Below, one piece after another: positions 1 to 12,300 of a DNA stretch of 64,000 nt. Position numbers and translations under genes: made by a program. Each line of letters begins with the position of its first letter. Positions within the stretch are counted from its first letter, which is position 1. Source of the stretch: Caecitellus pseudoparvulus (lineage: Eukaryota; Protista; Bigyra: Bicosoecida); contig CBFFRQ010000066.1 of assembly GCA_965644315.1 (NCBI GenBank), positions 596,032 through 660,031 on the forward strand, read 5' to 3'. The notes beneath the pieces were generated by a model that searched no databases, was not told the origin of the DNA, and saw nothing but the letters and a program-made list of their open reading frames with translations.

Positions 1-1243
1 CTTTAAACGTGACCTCCATCATCTCCCCCACTGAGCCCACCTCCAGCCACGCCGCAGGTTGCTCGATGCGGGGCAGGCCCAGGGGGATGAACTCCAGCCC
101 CGCCTCCGTCACGAACTCTGCGAAGTTGTCCGTGGAGCAGATGGCGAACTCGTGCCCCCGATCCACCAGGGCCCGCCCCAGGGCGACGAACGGCTCCACA
201 TCCCCGCGCGTGCCGATGGTGCAGCACACGATGCGCAGGGAGCCCGAGGCGTCCGGCAACGCCTTGCCAGGAGCGGTCTTCGAGGCTGTGTGAGCCCGGC
301 GCTGGGCGCCGTGTGGGAGGGCGTGCTTGGCTGAGGGCGGGGGGGTGCGGTCTCCCCCCGCCGCCAGTGGTTGCAGGGGCATGACGGGGGGGGCGGCAGT
401 GTGCAGTGCCAGCGGGGCGGGTGGCAGCAACTGGTGGGGGTGCTCGCCTGCCTGGCGCTTGGGCCAGCGCCAAGCAGCCTCGGCTTCATCCAGTGGCATG
501 CCCCAGAACCACCGTGCGGAGCACTGCAGGTGGGTCGTGCAGGCCAGGCCAGCCAACACCACCACCGCGAAGGGGTGGGCCCACTCCGTGGGAGGGGACC
601 CCCCCGCACACGCCTCCAGCACCTGCCCAGCTGAGGCGAGGGAGGCATGCGGCAGGAGGAGGGCCAGACAATACACCACCAACCACATGCGCACAGTGGA
701 AAGGCGGTTGCCCAGCCACAGTCGGTACTCCACTGCCCGGGGCCGGCGCAGCTCCGGGATGGCGAAGAGCGGCACGTGGGAAGGACTGTCCCGCTGGGTC
801 CCCAGAATGTACAGCGCGTACACGAAGTATCCCTGTGAAGGAGCGGCCCGAAGTGACGCCGGTGGGGAGAGTCAGGGGCGAGAGAGGGCGGTCGGCGCCC
901 TGTCGCTTGCCACGCACCCACACCCCAGCGCGGAGAGCTGCATGCATCATGCTGGAAGGCGACTCGGCGAAGGCGGCGCCGAAAAGGGAGTGGCCAAACA
1001 ACACGAGGGAGATCTGCGAGGGGCATGTGTGTCGGCGTGCGGTGAGCCAGTCTCACGGCGAGCACGCCCAGGCCAGCGTTCGACTTCCGCACTCACCAGC
1101 TGCTCAACCTGCCACTGCAGCCGCGCCTTGATCACTCCAGGCGGCACTTCATCAATAGCAGCACTGCAACTCAGGTGCACGACCCTATCCACGGTGCCGT
1201 ACAGCAGCAGGGCGCCGGCAATGGCATCTGTCAGGGCTGCCAT
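1..1243 (-). CDS. Glycosyltransferase with GT28 N-terminal domain (sterol 3-beta-glucosyltransferase-like) and a hydrophobic N-terminal extension; 3' part runs off the window
   Basis: Exons 1243-1097, 1013-918 and 832-<1 join through GT-AG introns in phase 0. The minus frame (absent from the ORF track because it has no stop) reads ...LRIVCCTIGTRGDVEPFVALGRALVDRGHEFAICSTDNFAEFVTEAGLEFIPLG, the GxRGDV.P motif of Glyco_transf_28. Confidence 0.85.
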
Positions 1244-1454
1244 GGTGGCAGGGTTGTGTGGGGGGGCACCTGCGCTTGCCAAGTGAAGCAAGCAGCAAGT
1301 TCCCACGGCCGGGCAAACTTGCGAGGCTGAGCACAATCACTCAGCAGCAATACAAAGTGCCTGTACTGGACTTCTTCCTGGCCGAGTACGGTGGGCTGAC
1401 CAGAGGGCCCTTGCGTCTCCTGCCTGCTGCGTTCCAGCCACGTTGCACCGCAGG

Positions 1455-3771
1455 ATGGATAGTGCCAGCGATTCCGGCTCCTCCTCCGGCTCCAGCAGCG
1501 AGTCAGGGGAGGAGTTGTCCTTCTCCTGGCTGGGAGAAGGGCGCCCCGACGGCGATAACCACGTGCATGACGCGTGCATCGTGCGGGGCGTGACTGTGAC
1601 TGTGGGCGACGTCGTGCTGTTGCGGAGTGGGGATGGTGGGGAGCCCTTCGTGTGCTGGATCACACGCATGTGGTCCACAGCGTCAGAGGCGCCGTCTTGG
1701 CGCGGCAGGTGGTTTCACCGAGCCACAGACTTGCCCCGGCCAGGGTCCACGGCCGCTCCCAACGAGCTGTACCTTTCGCAGCAGGTGCGTGGCAGTGCCA
1801 TTCCGCGGCTTGGCAGGTCTCCTGCCTCTCGCCGCGGCGCTTGCGCTGAGGTGCAGCGAGACCGCCCATGCGCCCAAGTCCTGCACGGAGTTTGGCATTG
1901 TTCTTCACCCGTGTGTGCACAACCTTTCCCCCTGTCCGCAGCTGGACACAAACTCCGCGGAGACTTTCTTGGGCCTGGCCACCGTGCAGCTGCAAAACGC
2001 CGACGGCTCTGAAACTCTTTCCCTGCATCCTGCCACTGCTCCCGAGGAAGAAGTCGAGAGCTTCCTGTGCCGCGCAGAGTATCACACACACGGCAATGCG
2101 TTTAAGCCGGTGAACTTGGCGGAAATCAAGGGCATCCTCTCCGCCTGCGTGGCTGCACGTGGAGGTGGCGTGGAGGGCGCCGTGCCAGCTTCGGCTGCCC
2201 CAACTGCCGCACCAGGCTCCAGCGCTGCAGACCTGTCGCATTTGAAGATTGCCGCCGCATCTGGCCCAGCAGTGCCCAAACTCTCCTCTCCAGGGGGACT
2301 GGCGCCGCCGGGGCGCAGCCTCATGGCAGGCGGGGCTGGCGGGGCAGGCGCCTCTCCTCGAGCCCGAGGCTTGGCCCCCGCCCTGGCTGGCTCCGGGACC
2401 AGCGCAGACGCAACCGTCCTGTCCACTCGGGCCGCTGAGGAAGAGGCGCTCCTGGGGCGTCTCGTGCCGCAGCCGGCAGCGGGGGACGGCAAGTTCCAAA
2501 TCCGCGTCGGCCCCAACCGCCAAGCCATCCTGCCCTCCTACCAGGGCCCCCGCCCCGCCCAGCCCATGGCTGCGTCGGGTTCCCAGACCCCTGACTCTGT
2601 CGGGCTGGGCGGCAAGTCCGTGGAGGACGCAGGAACCGCCCTGGTCGCGCCGACGGCGCCTGACCTCACTCCCGGCCAAGAGCTCGCCTTCATGGAGGGC
2701 TTCAACCGTTTCGGGAAGGAGTTTCACCGCATCGCCGCCGACATGGCGGGCGTGAGCACTGGCACGCTCGTGGCGCACTACTACAAGCACAAGTCTCGCC
2801 GGGCTGTCCTGGCGCGGGAACGCCACGAGAAGCGCCATGGGGCCCCCCAGCCCGACGAAGTGGCCCTCGGCGGCGGCGAGAAGCGGGATGTCGTGCCTGT
2901 GGAGCTGGTGTGCATGCGGCGCTCCTGTGGCAACACGGTGTCCATGCGGCAGTACAACGCCCACCGCGTGCTGTACCGGGCACGCACGCAGTGCAACCCC
3001 AGCTGGCGCTCAGCCACAAAGAACCCCTTCTGGCTGTGCTTGGACTGCTTCCCAGCACCAGACCATGCCCTGCGCCAGGGCCTGTACAGCTACGCAGGGG
3101 CAGAGGATGAGGGTGGCCGCTCTCGCAAGCGCAGGCGAGCGGCGGTGCTGGCTGACGCAGAGCGCTTGGCCCGAGAGTACCAGCACGGTGGTCGCTTTTC
3201 CATGGCCGCTGACTCCATGTACGATATCGCGCCAGATGGGCAGGTGCCTGACAACTCTGGCATGGCCGCCTCTGCCCTCAACGGCGTGCGTGCAGCCATC
3301 ATGCAGGCGCAGCTGAGCGTGAAGGATTCCGTGGAGCTCGTACACCGCGTGCGCCAGGTGTACGGCGCAGAGTCCCCTCGCTTCCGGCGCTTCTTGTCCC
3401 TGCTCTTTCGGTACCAGCGGCGGGCTCTGAGTGTGCGGGGGCTGGCTGCGCGGGTGCTGCGTCTGTTCCGGAAGAACCCCCCCATTCTCAAGGCCTTTGC
3501 TGTGTTCCTGCCGCCAGTTGTCCGGGAGGCCTTTGTGCGCGGCATGCAGCATGGCTTGAAGGCCACTGCGGAGGCCGCGGAAGAGCGGGAACGCACGCTG
3601 CAAGCTCAAGAGGCCGCGGTGCACGCTGCCAACCAAGCCGGTGATACAGAGAGTGCCGCGAAGAGGCCTCGCACGGAGGAGGCAGGAGAAGAAGACTCTG
3701 CCCCTACCACACATGCAGCTGCCTCGAGCAGTGCTTCTGCCGCTCCCGAAGGGGGCTCAGGCGCCACTTGA
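1455..3771 (+). CDS. Chromatin co-repressor-like protein: BAH + ELM2 + SANT/Myb + Cys cluster + C-terminal PAH domain
   Basis: Exon 1455-1784, intron 1785-1941 (GTGCGT..CGCAG), exon 1942-3771. BAH: VTVGDVVLLRS..PFVCWITRMW..GRWFHR..NELYLS. ELM2: IRVGPNRQAILP. SANT: FMEGFNRFGKEFHRIA..LVAHYY. PAH: FRRFLSLLFRY..VLRLFRKNPPILKAFAVFLP. Confidence 0.8.
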
Positions 3772-3911
3772 ATGGTGCTGCTGGTTGCGCGCCAACAGGT
3801 GAGCAGGCGCACCGCACCGCAGTGCCTGCGCTTCCTCAATTCACTCCACGCCAACTCCCAGTGCCAACCACATGTCAAACAACGACAATATCTTACCATT
3901 CCCTTCGAACC

Positions 3912-5000
3912 ATGGGCTGTGGGTCATCTGTGCCCGCCCAGGAGGCGGCACCCCAAGCGGTGCCCGCCGGGCAAGTGGAGAAGCCGTCCGGAACTGCAAC
4001 TGCCCAGAGCGCCCCCGCTGCCCAGTCGCCCAGCAAGCCAGCAGAAACAACACATGCCAAAGACACACAACAATCTACGACCAGCACAGCTGACGAGGGG
4101 GGCCAAGTGGGTAGTTCCACGGTGCAAGGCGCGGAAATTGAAACCAGCGCAGTGGCTGGCGCCAAAACCACGCACGCGTCAGCAGATGACGATGCCGCTG
4201 ACACGGCCGGCGTTGGCGTGACTGTCGAAGCAGAAGTTGAAGCACCGGCCCCTTCTGGTGCTGAAGTTCCCGCCGAGGCTGCTGCAACCACCACACAGTC
4301 GTCAGACGCTGACACGACTGGCAGCAACACTGCTCCGGCTGCGGCAGATGCCAGTGCGTCCTCTGCACCAGCCGAGGAAGCCGCCGAAGAGGCCACAACT
4401 GAGACCACTGAGGAGGCTGCAGCTGAGACCACCGAGAAGGCTGCAGCTGAGACGACTGAGGAGGCTGCCGCTGAGACCACTGAGGAGGCGGCCGCTGAGA
4501 CCACTGAGGAGGCTGCAGCTGAGACCACTGAGGAGGCTGCCGCTGAGACCACTGAGGAGGCCACTGAGGAGGCTGCCGCTGAGACCACTGAGGAGGCTGC
4601 CGCTGAGACCACTGAGGAGGCGGCCGCTGAGACCACTGAGGAGGCTGCAGCTGAGACCACTGAGGATGCCACTGAGGAGGCTGCAGCTGAGACCACTGAG
4701 GAGGCTGCAGCTGAGACCACTGAGGATGCCACTGAGGAGGCCACTGAGGAAGCCACTGAGGAAGCTACTGAGGAAGCTACTGAGGAGGCTACTGAGGAGG
4801 CAACACCCGCTGCCGCTTCAGCTAGTGCCACAGAGGAAGCCAGCCCGGAAGGGGATGGGGATGGAGAGGAAGATGCCGAGGCAGCTGCGGCGGCAGCTCA
4901 CGAGGCCAAGGGAGCGGCCGTGCGCAAAGCCAGCATGAAGCAGTACGCCAGCTCTTCAGCCAAGAAAAAGCGCAAGGGAGGCAAGCGCCGGAAGCGCTGA
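3912..5000 (+). CDS. Putative dually acylated, acidic low-complexity repeat protein with a polybasic C-terminus
   Basis: ATG at 3912 gives MGCGSS (myristoylation and palmitoylation motif). It is followed by an Ala/Glu/Thr-rich body with TTEEAAAE repeats and ends AKKKRKGGKRRKR. Confidence 0.7.
   Translation: MGCGSSVPAQEAAPQAVPAGQVEKPSGTATAQSAPAAQSPSKPAETTHAKDTQQSTTSTADEGGQVGSSTVQGAEIETSAVAGAKTTHASADDDAADTAGVGVTVEAEVEAPAPSGAEVPAEAAATTTQSSDADTTGSNTAPAAADASASSAPAEEAAEEATTETTEEAAAETTEKAAAETTEEAAAETTEEAAAETTEEAAAETTEEAAAETTEEATEEAAAETTEEAAAETTEEAAAETTEEAAAETTEDATEEAAAETTEEAAAETTEDATEEATEEATEEATEEATEEATEEATPAAASASATEEASPEGDGDGEEDAEAAAAAAHEAKGAAVRKASMKQYASSSAKKKRKGGKRRKR
4397..4800 (+). repeat. Coding minisatellite: 24-nt unit (GCTGAGACCACTGAGGAGGCTGCM) mixed with 12-nt subunits (GCCACTGAGGAG)
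   Basis: Directly visible tandem array encoding (TTEEAAAE)n and (ATEE)n. Confidence 0.95.
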
Positions 5001-5044
5001 GGGTGCAAATGCACAGTAATGCAGACAACGGTGCATTGGGCCGG

Positions 5045-6915
5045 CTAGGTGCGCGGCTTCTTGGCAGAGGGGCTGTCCGGGTCTGAGCGGGTGCGCTTCG
5101 AGCCGCCAAGGGAAGCTGCAGCGGCGAAGGGTGCTGGGGAGCGCGAAACCTGCGCTGATACCGTCGGGTCAAAGTCATCATCGTGCATGCCCCCGGCAGT
5201 GCCTTGTCTGAACATCAGGGGCGGTGCCTCGCTGCCAGAGCCGGCCGCTGCTGCGACGCCGTCATCCACTGGGCTGGGCGCATCCGGCGGAGCTTCCGTT
5301 GGGGACTCCAACAAAGCGGCGAGTTCTGGCAGGTCGCGCACCTCCTCCAGCCACGGATGTTTCAGCAGTTGCTGCACAGTCAGACGGTCTTCGGGCTGGG
5401 GCGCCAGCAAGCCTGTGATGAGGTCCTTGGCTTCCTGGGAGATGGCTGCCCACTGCCGTGCCGGGAAACCCCACTGCACTTTATGCTTCTGGGCCTTCAA
5501 CGCCTCGGGGTGGAAGGGGGGGCTCCCGCAGAGGAGGATGTACGTAATCACACCTACACTCCACATATCTGCCGGCTTGCCATAGCCGGCCGTGGCGCCG
5601 GGCATCTGCGCCACCAACACTTCCGGTGCAAGGTACTGTGGCGTGCCGCAGTACGACTGCAAGCCTTCTGCGCCGACAGCCTTGGCCACGCCGAAGTCCG
5701 CAATGACAACAGACGTGTCGTCGCTCTTGTCCAGGAGCAAGACATTTTCTGGCTTGAGGTCTCGGTGCACCACGCCTCGAGCGTGCATGTGTGAGATGGC
5801 GGCCGCGAGGCGCCAGAGAATGATGCGTGCACGGCTCTCAGTGTAGGCACCCTTGCTGTACAGGCGCTCGAACAACTCCCCGCCGTCTGCTTTGTCTGTG
5901 ATGAGGAAGAGGAAGTCTTTGCTCTCCAAGACATCGCGGAGTCTCAGAAAGCACGGGTGCGTCATGCCAGCCAGCATGTGTGCTTCCTGGATGATGTCCG
6001 TCGCACTGCCGGAGGAGGAGAACCGCAGGCGGCGCTTGTCCAAGATCTTCACTGCCACCACCTCCCCTGTGCTGCGTTTGACGGCTTCGAACACCTCGGC
6101 GAAAGCGCCCTTGCCCAGGGAGGTGCCCTTCGCATACCGCTGGTGGAAGTTGCGGCGCCGAGCGGAGACACTTGCCAGGCGTTCAGGCAGGGTGGTTTGC
6201 GACATGACCACGCCTTCACTCGCATCTGCCACATGCTGCTGGCTCAAGCTCTCAGGCTGCATCTTGACAACGTAGCTGGGCAGGTCTGTGAGAGGGTGGA
6301 CGCCGTTGTGAGTGGGGGCATGCCAGCAGGTTACCCCCTGCCTGCTCAACCAACTCACCATGCGGGGTGGAGCTGGACGGCATGATGAAGGAGATGACAG
6401 ATCCCTCCGAGAGCCTGATATTGGCGCCTTTCGCGATCTTCCTGCCGTCCACATACGTCCCGTTTGCACTGCGAGGGGTGGGCGAGGACGAGGCATGCCA
6501 GAGCTGAGCATCGCAGCGAGGTCGACGCTGCAGCCCCTGGCCCAGCTGACTCATGAGCAGCCCAGGCAAGCCAGGGAAACGTCAAGGCGCAGGTGCTTGC
6601 AACAGCTCCAGCGCTGCCAACCCACCTTTGGTCTCGAATCCACAGATCCCACGCCCCACCCGCGCCGGGGCGAGCAAACACCTGGCAGTGTGTGCCCGAG
6701 ACATGAGCATTGCCCAGGCGCACGGTGCTCTTGTGGCGCCTGCCGAAGGTCACTGACTGCAGCGGGGGCACGTCGATGCGCCTCCCCGAGCCTGATTCGA
6801 TGAGCTGCGCCACTGAAGCAGGTGCGCCAAGCCCGTCGCCTTGCGAGGGCACGCCCGCGCCGCCCGCGGAGGCAGCAGGACTTGGCCCAGGCGCACTTGA
6901 GCGCTGTGCTGCCAT
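5045..6915 (-). CDS. FHA domain + CAMK-family Ser/Thr kinase (CHK2/Cds1/Dun1-like)
   Basis: ATG at 6915, two introns (~6626-6469 and ~6358-6286). FHA motifs FGR..VSGTHC..S-ANGTYV join across intron 1. Kinase motifs are intact: GKGAFAEV, VAVK, HRDLKPEN, DFG, GTPQYLAPE. Confidence 0.9.
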
Positions 6916-7346
6916 GGTGGTGCCCAGGAGTTTTGGCCAGCCGTCGCCTGGGCAGGAAAGCGCAAGGCTGCACTTGAGGGACGCTTGCTCCAGCCACAAG
7001 CGTGGTGGTGTACTGCACACCTGATTGAGAGAGCGGGTTCAGCCCAGCACCAAGACGCAGCACGACCCACACAGGAAATGATTCGCTGAAATCGGCACCA
7101 GCGGAAGTGCTGGGTGCCTTGAGTTGTGTTGCGGCGAGGGCATTTTGAGCGAACGATGCGCCTGGGTGCTGCTGCGGAGTTTGGACCCGTCGCTCTGGCA
7201 TCTCTGTGGCCGAGCAAAAGCACGGTCCGCAAAGGGGGCTTCGCAACGCCACGCACTCCATCAAAAAAGCATTTCAAGCATTGTGTGTCAGCCGCGATTC
7301 CCTCCTGGCTTCCTTGCCCTGCTGCGTTTGTTTGGCGGTGGTCATC

Positions 7347-9313
7347 ATGCTGGCCTGGACGTGCCGCAGGGCGGCGGGCGTCGTGCGCAGAGCATGTCGC
7401 GCTGAGGGCGCCTGGAAACCAGCGCAAGTTGTCCGGGCGCGGGACACATTGCGTTGCTTCGCACGCTGCTGCTCAAGCGAGCCTGCTCGCTCCATCCCGA
7501 CCCAGCTGCCGTCACGCTTTCCACGCACGCACTCGCTGGGCGAGCTGGTACTGGAGCACCAGGACCTAGAGCCTGGGAGCAGGGCCCGAGATGTCAGCGT
7601 TTGTGTGGCAGGGCGTGTCACTGCGAAGCGGGCCGCCAGCTCCAAGCTGGTCTTCCTGGACCTCACAGCAGACGGCGTAACAGTGCAGGTGCGGAAATTG
7701 CTCTCGCACACACAGTGCCGCGGCTCACCCGTCGTCTCTGCGCATGCGCTGAGCCCGCACAGGTGATGGCGAGTAAAGCTGAGTATACTGGAGCAGGCCT
7801 CCCCGAGGACGCGCCCGAGGCGTCCTTTTCCGGCAGCACTGGCCTGCTTCGTCGAGGGGACATCGTGGGCATCACTGGCTTCCCAGGCAAGAGCAACAAA
7901 GGCGAGCTGTCCATCATCCCCACCTCCATGCAGCTGCTGGCCCCATGCACGGCCAACTTGCCGCTGCCTGGCACTTTGACTGACCCAGACACGCGGCACA
8001 GGCAGCGCCACGTGGACGTACTCGTGAACAGCTCAGCGTGGCGGGGAGGGGCGCCACCCTCCGCCACCCCCACGCCGCCTGCCACACCAGGCGCGCTGAC
8101 AGGCGCGGCCCAGCGCCGGTCAACCTGGCTCCCTGCAGCCGCATGTAATGTCCCTGCTGATGGCGTTGTTGGTCGCCCACGGGGTGTGCGGGACGTGCTG
8201 GTGCTGCGTAGCCGGGTGCTGCGTAGCCTGCGGCATTTCTACGAGAGGGAAGGATTCATGGAGGTGGAGACGCCGACGCTGTTTCCGGCGGCAGGAGGCG
8301 CCACGGCACGCCCTTTCACTTCGCACATGGATGCGTACGGCTTGGACATGTTCCTGCGCATCGCGCCAGAGCTGTTCTTGAAGGTGCGCACGGTGGCAGA
8401 GTTGCCTTGGAGCCCACCGCTTTGCACCACCCCCTGCCCTCCCTTGCTCTTGCCACAGAAACTGATCATTGCTGGATTTGAAAGAGTCTTTGAGATTGGG
8501 AAGGTGTTCCGCAACGAAGGCGTGTCTGCTGTGCACCACCCAGAGTTCACGACCGTGGAGAGCTACGCCGCGTACGAAGACGTGGAGGACGTGAAACGCA
8601 TGACACAACGATTGCTGTGTAGCGTTGCAGAGGCTGCCACTGGCTCATCAAAGGTGCCTGTCTCCCACGCCTTCATGACTGACAGCGCACGCTCTGCTGC
8701 CGGGCTGCAGCCTGGGGAGGCAGTGGAAGTGGACTTTAGCGCGCCCTTCGCGAGTGTCAGCGTGCCTGACGTGCTCGCACAGCACTTGGGCAGGCCCTTG
8801 CCTGATTCCCGCGACCCCGCAGCGGCACAGGAACTCAAGGCTCTGTGCCAGTCACACGGTGTGCCCGCTGAAGCCCCCTTCACAACAGCGCGCCTCCTAG
8901 ATGCCATGATCAGCCACTGGATCGAGCCCACCTGCATGCAGCCAACGTTCGTAACTCACCACCCAATCGCCCTCTCACCCCTGGCTCGAGCAGTTCCAGG
9001 CGGTGCAGATGCTACTCAGCGCTTTGAGCTGTTCGTGGGTGGCCGTGAGCTGGCCAATGCGTATTCCGAGCTGAATGACCCCGCTGAGCAGTCAGCGCGT
9101 TTCGCGGAGCAGAGCGCTACCCGCGGGCAGGACGCTGAAGCCCACGATAAAGATGAAGACTTTGTGGCTGCATTGAAGTGTGGCCTTCCACCCACAGGTG
9201 GCTTTGGGCTGGGTGTGGACCGCCTCGTCATGCTGCTGACTGGCACAGACCACCTGCGGGATGTGCTGGCATTCCCCATCACACGCCCCCTGCCACCGCC
9301 CACTGAGGCGTGA
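7347..9313 (+). CDS. KARS: Class II lysyl-tRNA synthetase, probably organellar (Arg-rich N-terminal transit-like peptide)
   Basis: Introns 7689-7762 and 8384-8458. OB-fold: VAGRV..KLVFLDL..RRGDIVG..GELSI. Catalytic motifs: FMEVETP, GGATARPF, LRIAPELFLK, FRNEG..HHPEFT, ELANAYSELNDP, GLPPTGGFGLGVDRL. Confidence 0.95.
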
Positions 9314-9327
9314 GCAGACGCAATGCA

Positions 9328-12300
9328 TCACCTACGGCGGCCCCTTCCCCGGCCCCGGCGGCCCTTGCCCCCCCCTCGACTCCGCCCACGCCCCCCTCGC
9401 GAACTGGCCTCCCGGGGCTGCGGCTCACTCCCCGAGCTTCCGTAGCTGAAGCCCAGACTGATGCTGCTGCCGGCGTGAGTGACAGACATACCAGCACTGC
9501 CGTGCCCGCTGGGGCGCTCAGCGGGCAGGGGCGCCTTGGCTGCTCTCGACTTGGACCCTTTCGAGGCTTGGCTGGTGGGGTACGCCGCCGGCCCGCGCGA
9601 TGGCTGCGCTGCAGGCGGCATGCCCCGGAGCTGTGGCTGCTTCGACGCGTGAGGCTTGGGAGGCGGCGTCGCCGCAGCGTCCCCGCTGGCCTGCAAAACG
9701 CTGCACAGGGCGTCGATGAGTGCCTCTGCCTCTGCGTCACGTGACATGTCCATGTCTGGCTGCAGGATTTTGCGGCGCAGGATGCCTTCCAGACACCCCC
9801 GCAGCATGCGGGCGATGGCGGCGACCTTGGGCGATGGCGTGCGGTAGTACAGCCATCCATCCACCACCAGCACCGTGTCGCTGCCTTGGCTGGTGGCAGA
9901 GGGCAGCGTCACGGCTCGCCCAGACGAGCTGGTCGTGGCCTCTTGCACTGCCGCGTACTGCACCGCCAGCTTGGCGCCTGTCAGCAGCAGAGGCCAGGCG
10001 GTGATGGGGGAGATGTCACGCAGGAACACTGCTGAGGTCTTGACTTTCTCAAAGAACACGCCGTACCGACATGCCCCGAAAGATGCCGCCGTTGCGTCCG
10101 CATTCACGCTGGAGGGGTGCATCTGCACAGGTCCAGAGCGGGTTTTCAGAGCCAGCGTTCCGGACGAAGCAGCCGAGCTGCGCCCACCTGCAGCGGGTGG
10201 AGGGGGGAACGTCGTCACGTTGGGGTACAGCCCTCCACACAGGACTGTCTTGACCAGTCCGTGGTTCGACGCATTGCGGTTCCACGGCGCATCCGCGTCA
10301 GCCCCGACGCCATCGGACACAAGGCTGCTCCAGGAACGCCCCTTGCCGCCCCCACCCCGCGCTGGGCGAAAGCGCCGGTACGAGGGGGGTTTCTGCACAA
10401 AGCCAATGTCCACAAGGAGGTCGAACAGCTGGGCCTTCATCTCGGAAATCGTGCACAGCGTAGCACGCGACAGGAAGTTGTCGAACTCGAAATCCCGCAA
10501 GTCGTCCCAGGCGCCCCTGCTGCCCTTGCTCGCCGCCACCTCCGCCGCCAGTGCCCTCCACTTGTCATACGCATTCATGAGGGTCAGGTGGTCGCTGGCG
10601 CCAATGCAGAACGCCTTCTTGGCCTTGTCCGACTCCGTGCGTTTGTCCAGGGGGGCCATGAACGGCGACCGACTGGCCAGCCCGGCGGCAATTGTCAGCA
10701 CGGGGTCCAGGCAGCCGAACACAGCGCCCATGAGGATCATCTTGCCCAGGCGGGGGTCGATGGGCAAGCAGGCCAGGTGGTACCCCAGTGGTGTCAGTTG
10801 GTCGCCGGCGCCCTCGTCCAGGGCTTGCAGCCCCCGCAGCGCGCGCAGACTGGATGTCACCGCCTCCTCCTCAGGCGGGTTCACCGCTGACCCAAGGAAG
10901 GCCTCCACCTCCCCCAGCTCCAGCACCCGGATGGACAGCACCAGCTCGTCAAGGGGCACGCGCAGCATCTCGGGCAGGGTGTACTCTGCCAGCCCCGCAT
11001 CCCAGCGGTGCTGGGAAAAAAGGTGGTAGCAGTAGCCAGCGGCCACACGGCCGGCACGCCCCCGCCGCTGTTTTGCACTGGCCTGCGAGACCCACGTCGT
11101 GACGAGGGACGCCATGCGGTTGGAGGGGTCAAAGCGGTTCTCCTTCACCTTGCCCACGTCCACCACGTACACGACGTCGTCGATGGTGATGGAGGTTTCG
11201 GCGATGTTGGTGGAGATGACGATCTTCCGCACACCGGGCGGCGGCCGGTCGAATACGGCTTTTTGCTGAGACGTCGGCAGCGTGGAGTGCAGGGGGTGAA
11301 TGACAAACTTGCCTTTGTTGGCGAAGAGCCCGCCCGCCTTGGTCAGCTGCTCGTACAGCTTCTGGATCTCAGCCAGGCCGGGCATGAACACGAGAATGGC
11401 ACCGGCAGGTGTGGAGGCCGACGCCTCCTCGTCAGCTGCTGCGGCCGCTGTGCCTGAGCGGCGGTTGGCGGGGTCTGCTGACACGATGTGTCGAAGTGTC
11501 GCTTCGATAAGGTCGTAGTTGATGACTTCTGGGTCCATAGCCGCCAGAGTGTCGAGAAAGGCGGCCTTGCGACCGGGATATGCCTTGCGCAGTGCAGCGA
11601 GCGACCCGTCGTCTTCAGCGACAGCGGGAGGAGGGCCCTTGCCACCTCCCCCTCCCTTGCCCTTCCGAGCGTACTCGCTGCCAGGCGCACAGGTGTACCC
11701 AGTCACATCCAGCACGTGCTCCAGCGTGTGGGCTGTTACGGGGAAGGCACGCCCAGGCACGTGAATGGCGGGTGCTCCGCCGAAATAGTCAGCGAACAGC
11801 TGCGCATTCAGAGTCGCAGACATGAGGATGAGGCGCAGCTTCGGGCGAGATGGCAGCAGGCGGCGCAAAATGATGAGCAGGAAGTCAGTGTTCAAATCCC
11901 GCTCGTGCACTTCATCCACACACACGTGCGTCACGCCCCGCAGCGCACCGTCGCCCTGCAGTCGGCGCAGCAGCACGCCAGTCGTGCAAAACAGCAACCT
12001 CGTCTCGGCAGACCGCTTGCTCTCCAGCCGGATGCTGTACCCGACGCTCTGCCCAGTGCGTTCGCACCGCTCGGCGGCGACGCGGTCAGCGACGCCAATG
12101 GCTGAAATACGCCGTGGCTGGGTGCAGATGATGTTCACATCGGCGCCCTGACCAGAGCTGACTGCCGCATCCAGCAGCAACTGTGGCACCTGTGTCGTCT
12201 TGCCAGCTCCCGTTTCGGCAGAAATGACGACCACCTGGTTCGACGCCACAGCCGCGAGCAGTTCCTTCCGCAGCTGGTACATGGGCAGCCGCTCCCGCTG

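Noticed and set aside
8384-8458. Stop-free 3n introns (also 16624-16698, 33640-33702, 17994-18098) as regulated intron retention
   Set aside because: Expected by chance for short GC-rich introns, and retention would interrupt conserved motifs.
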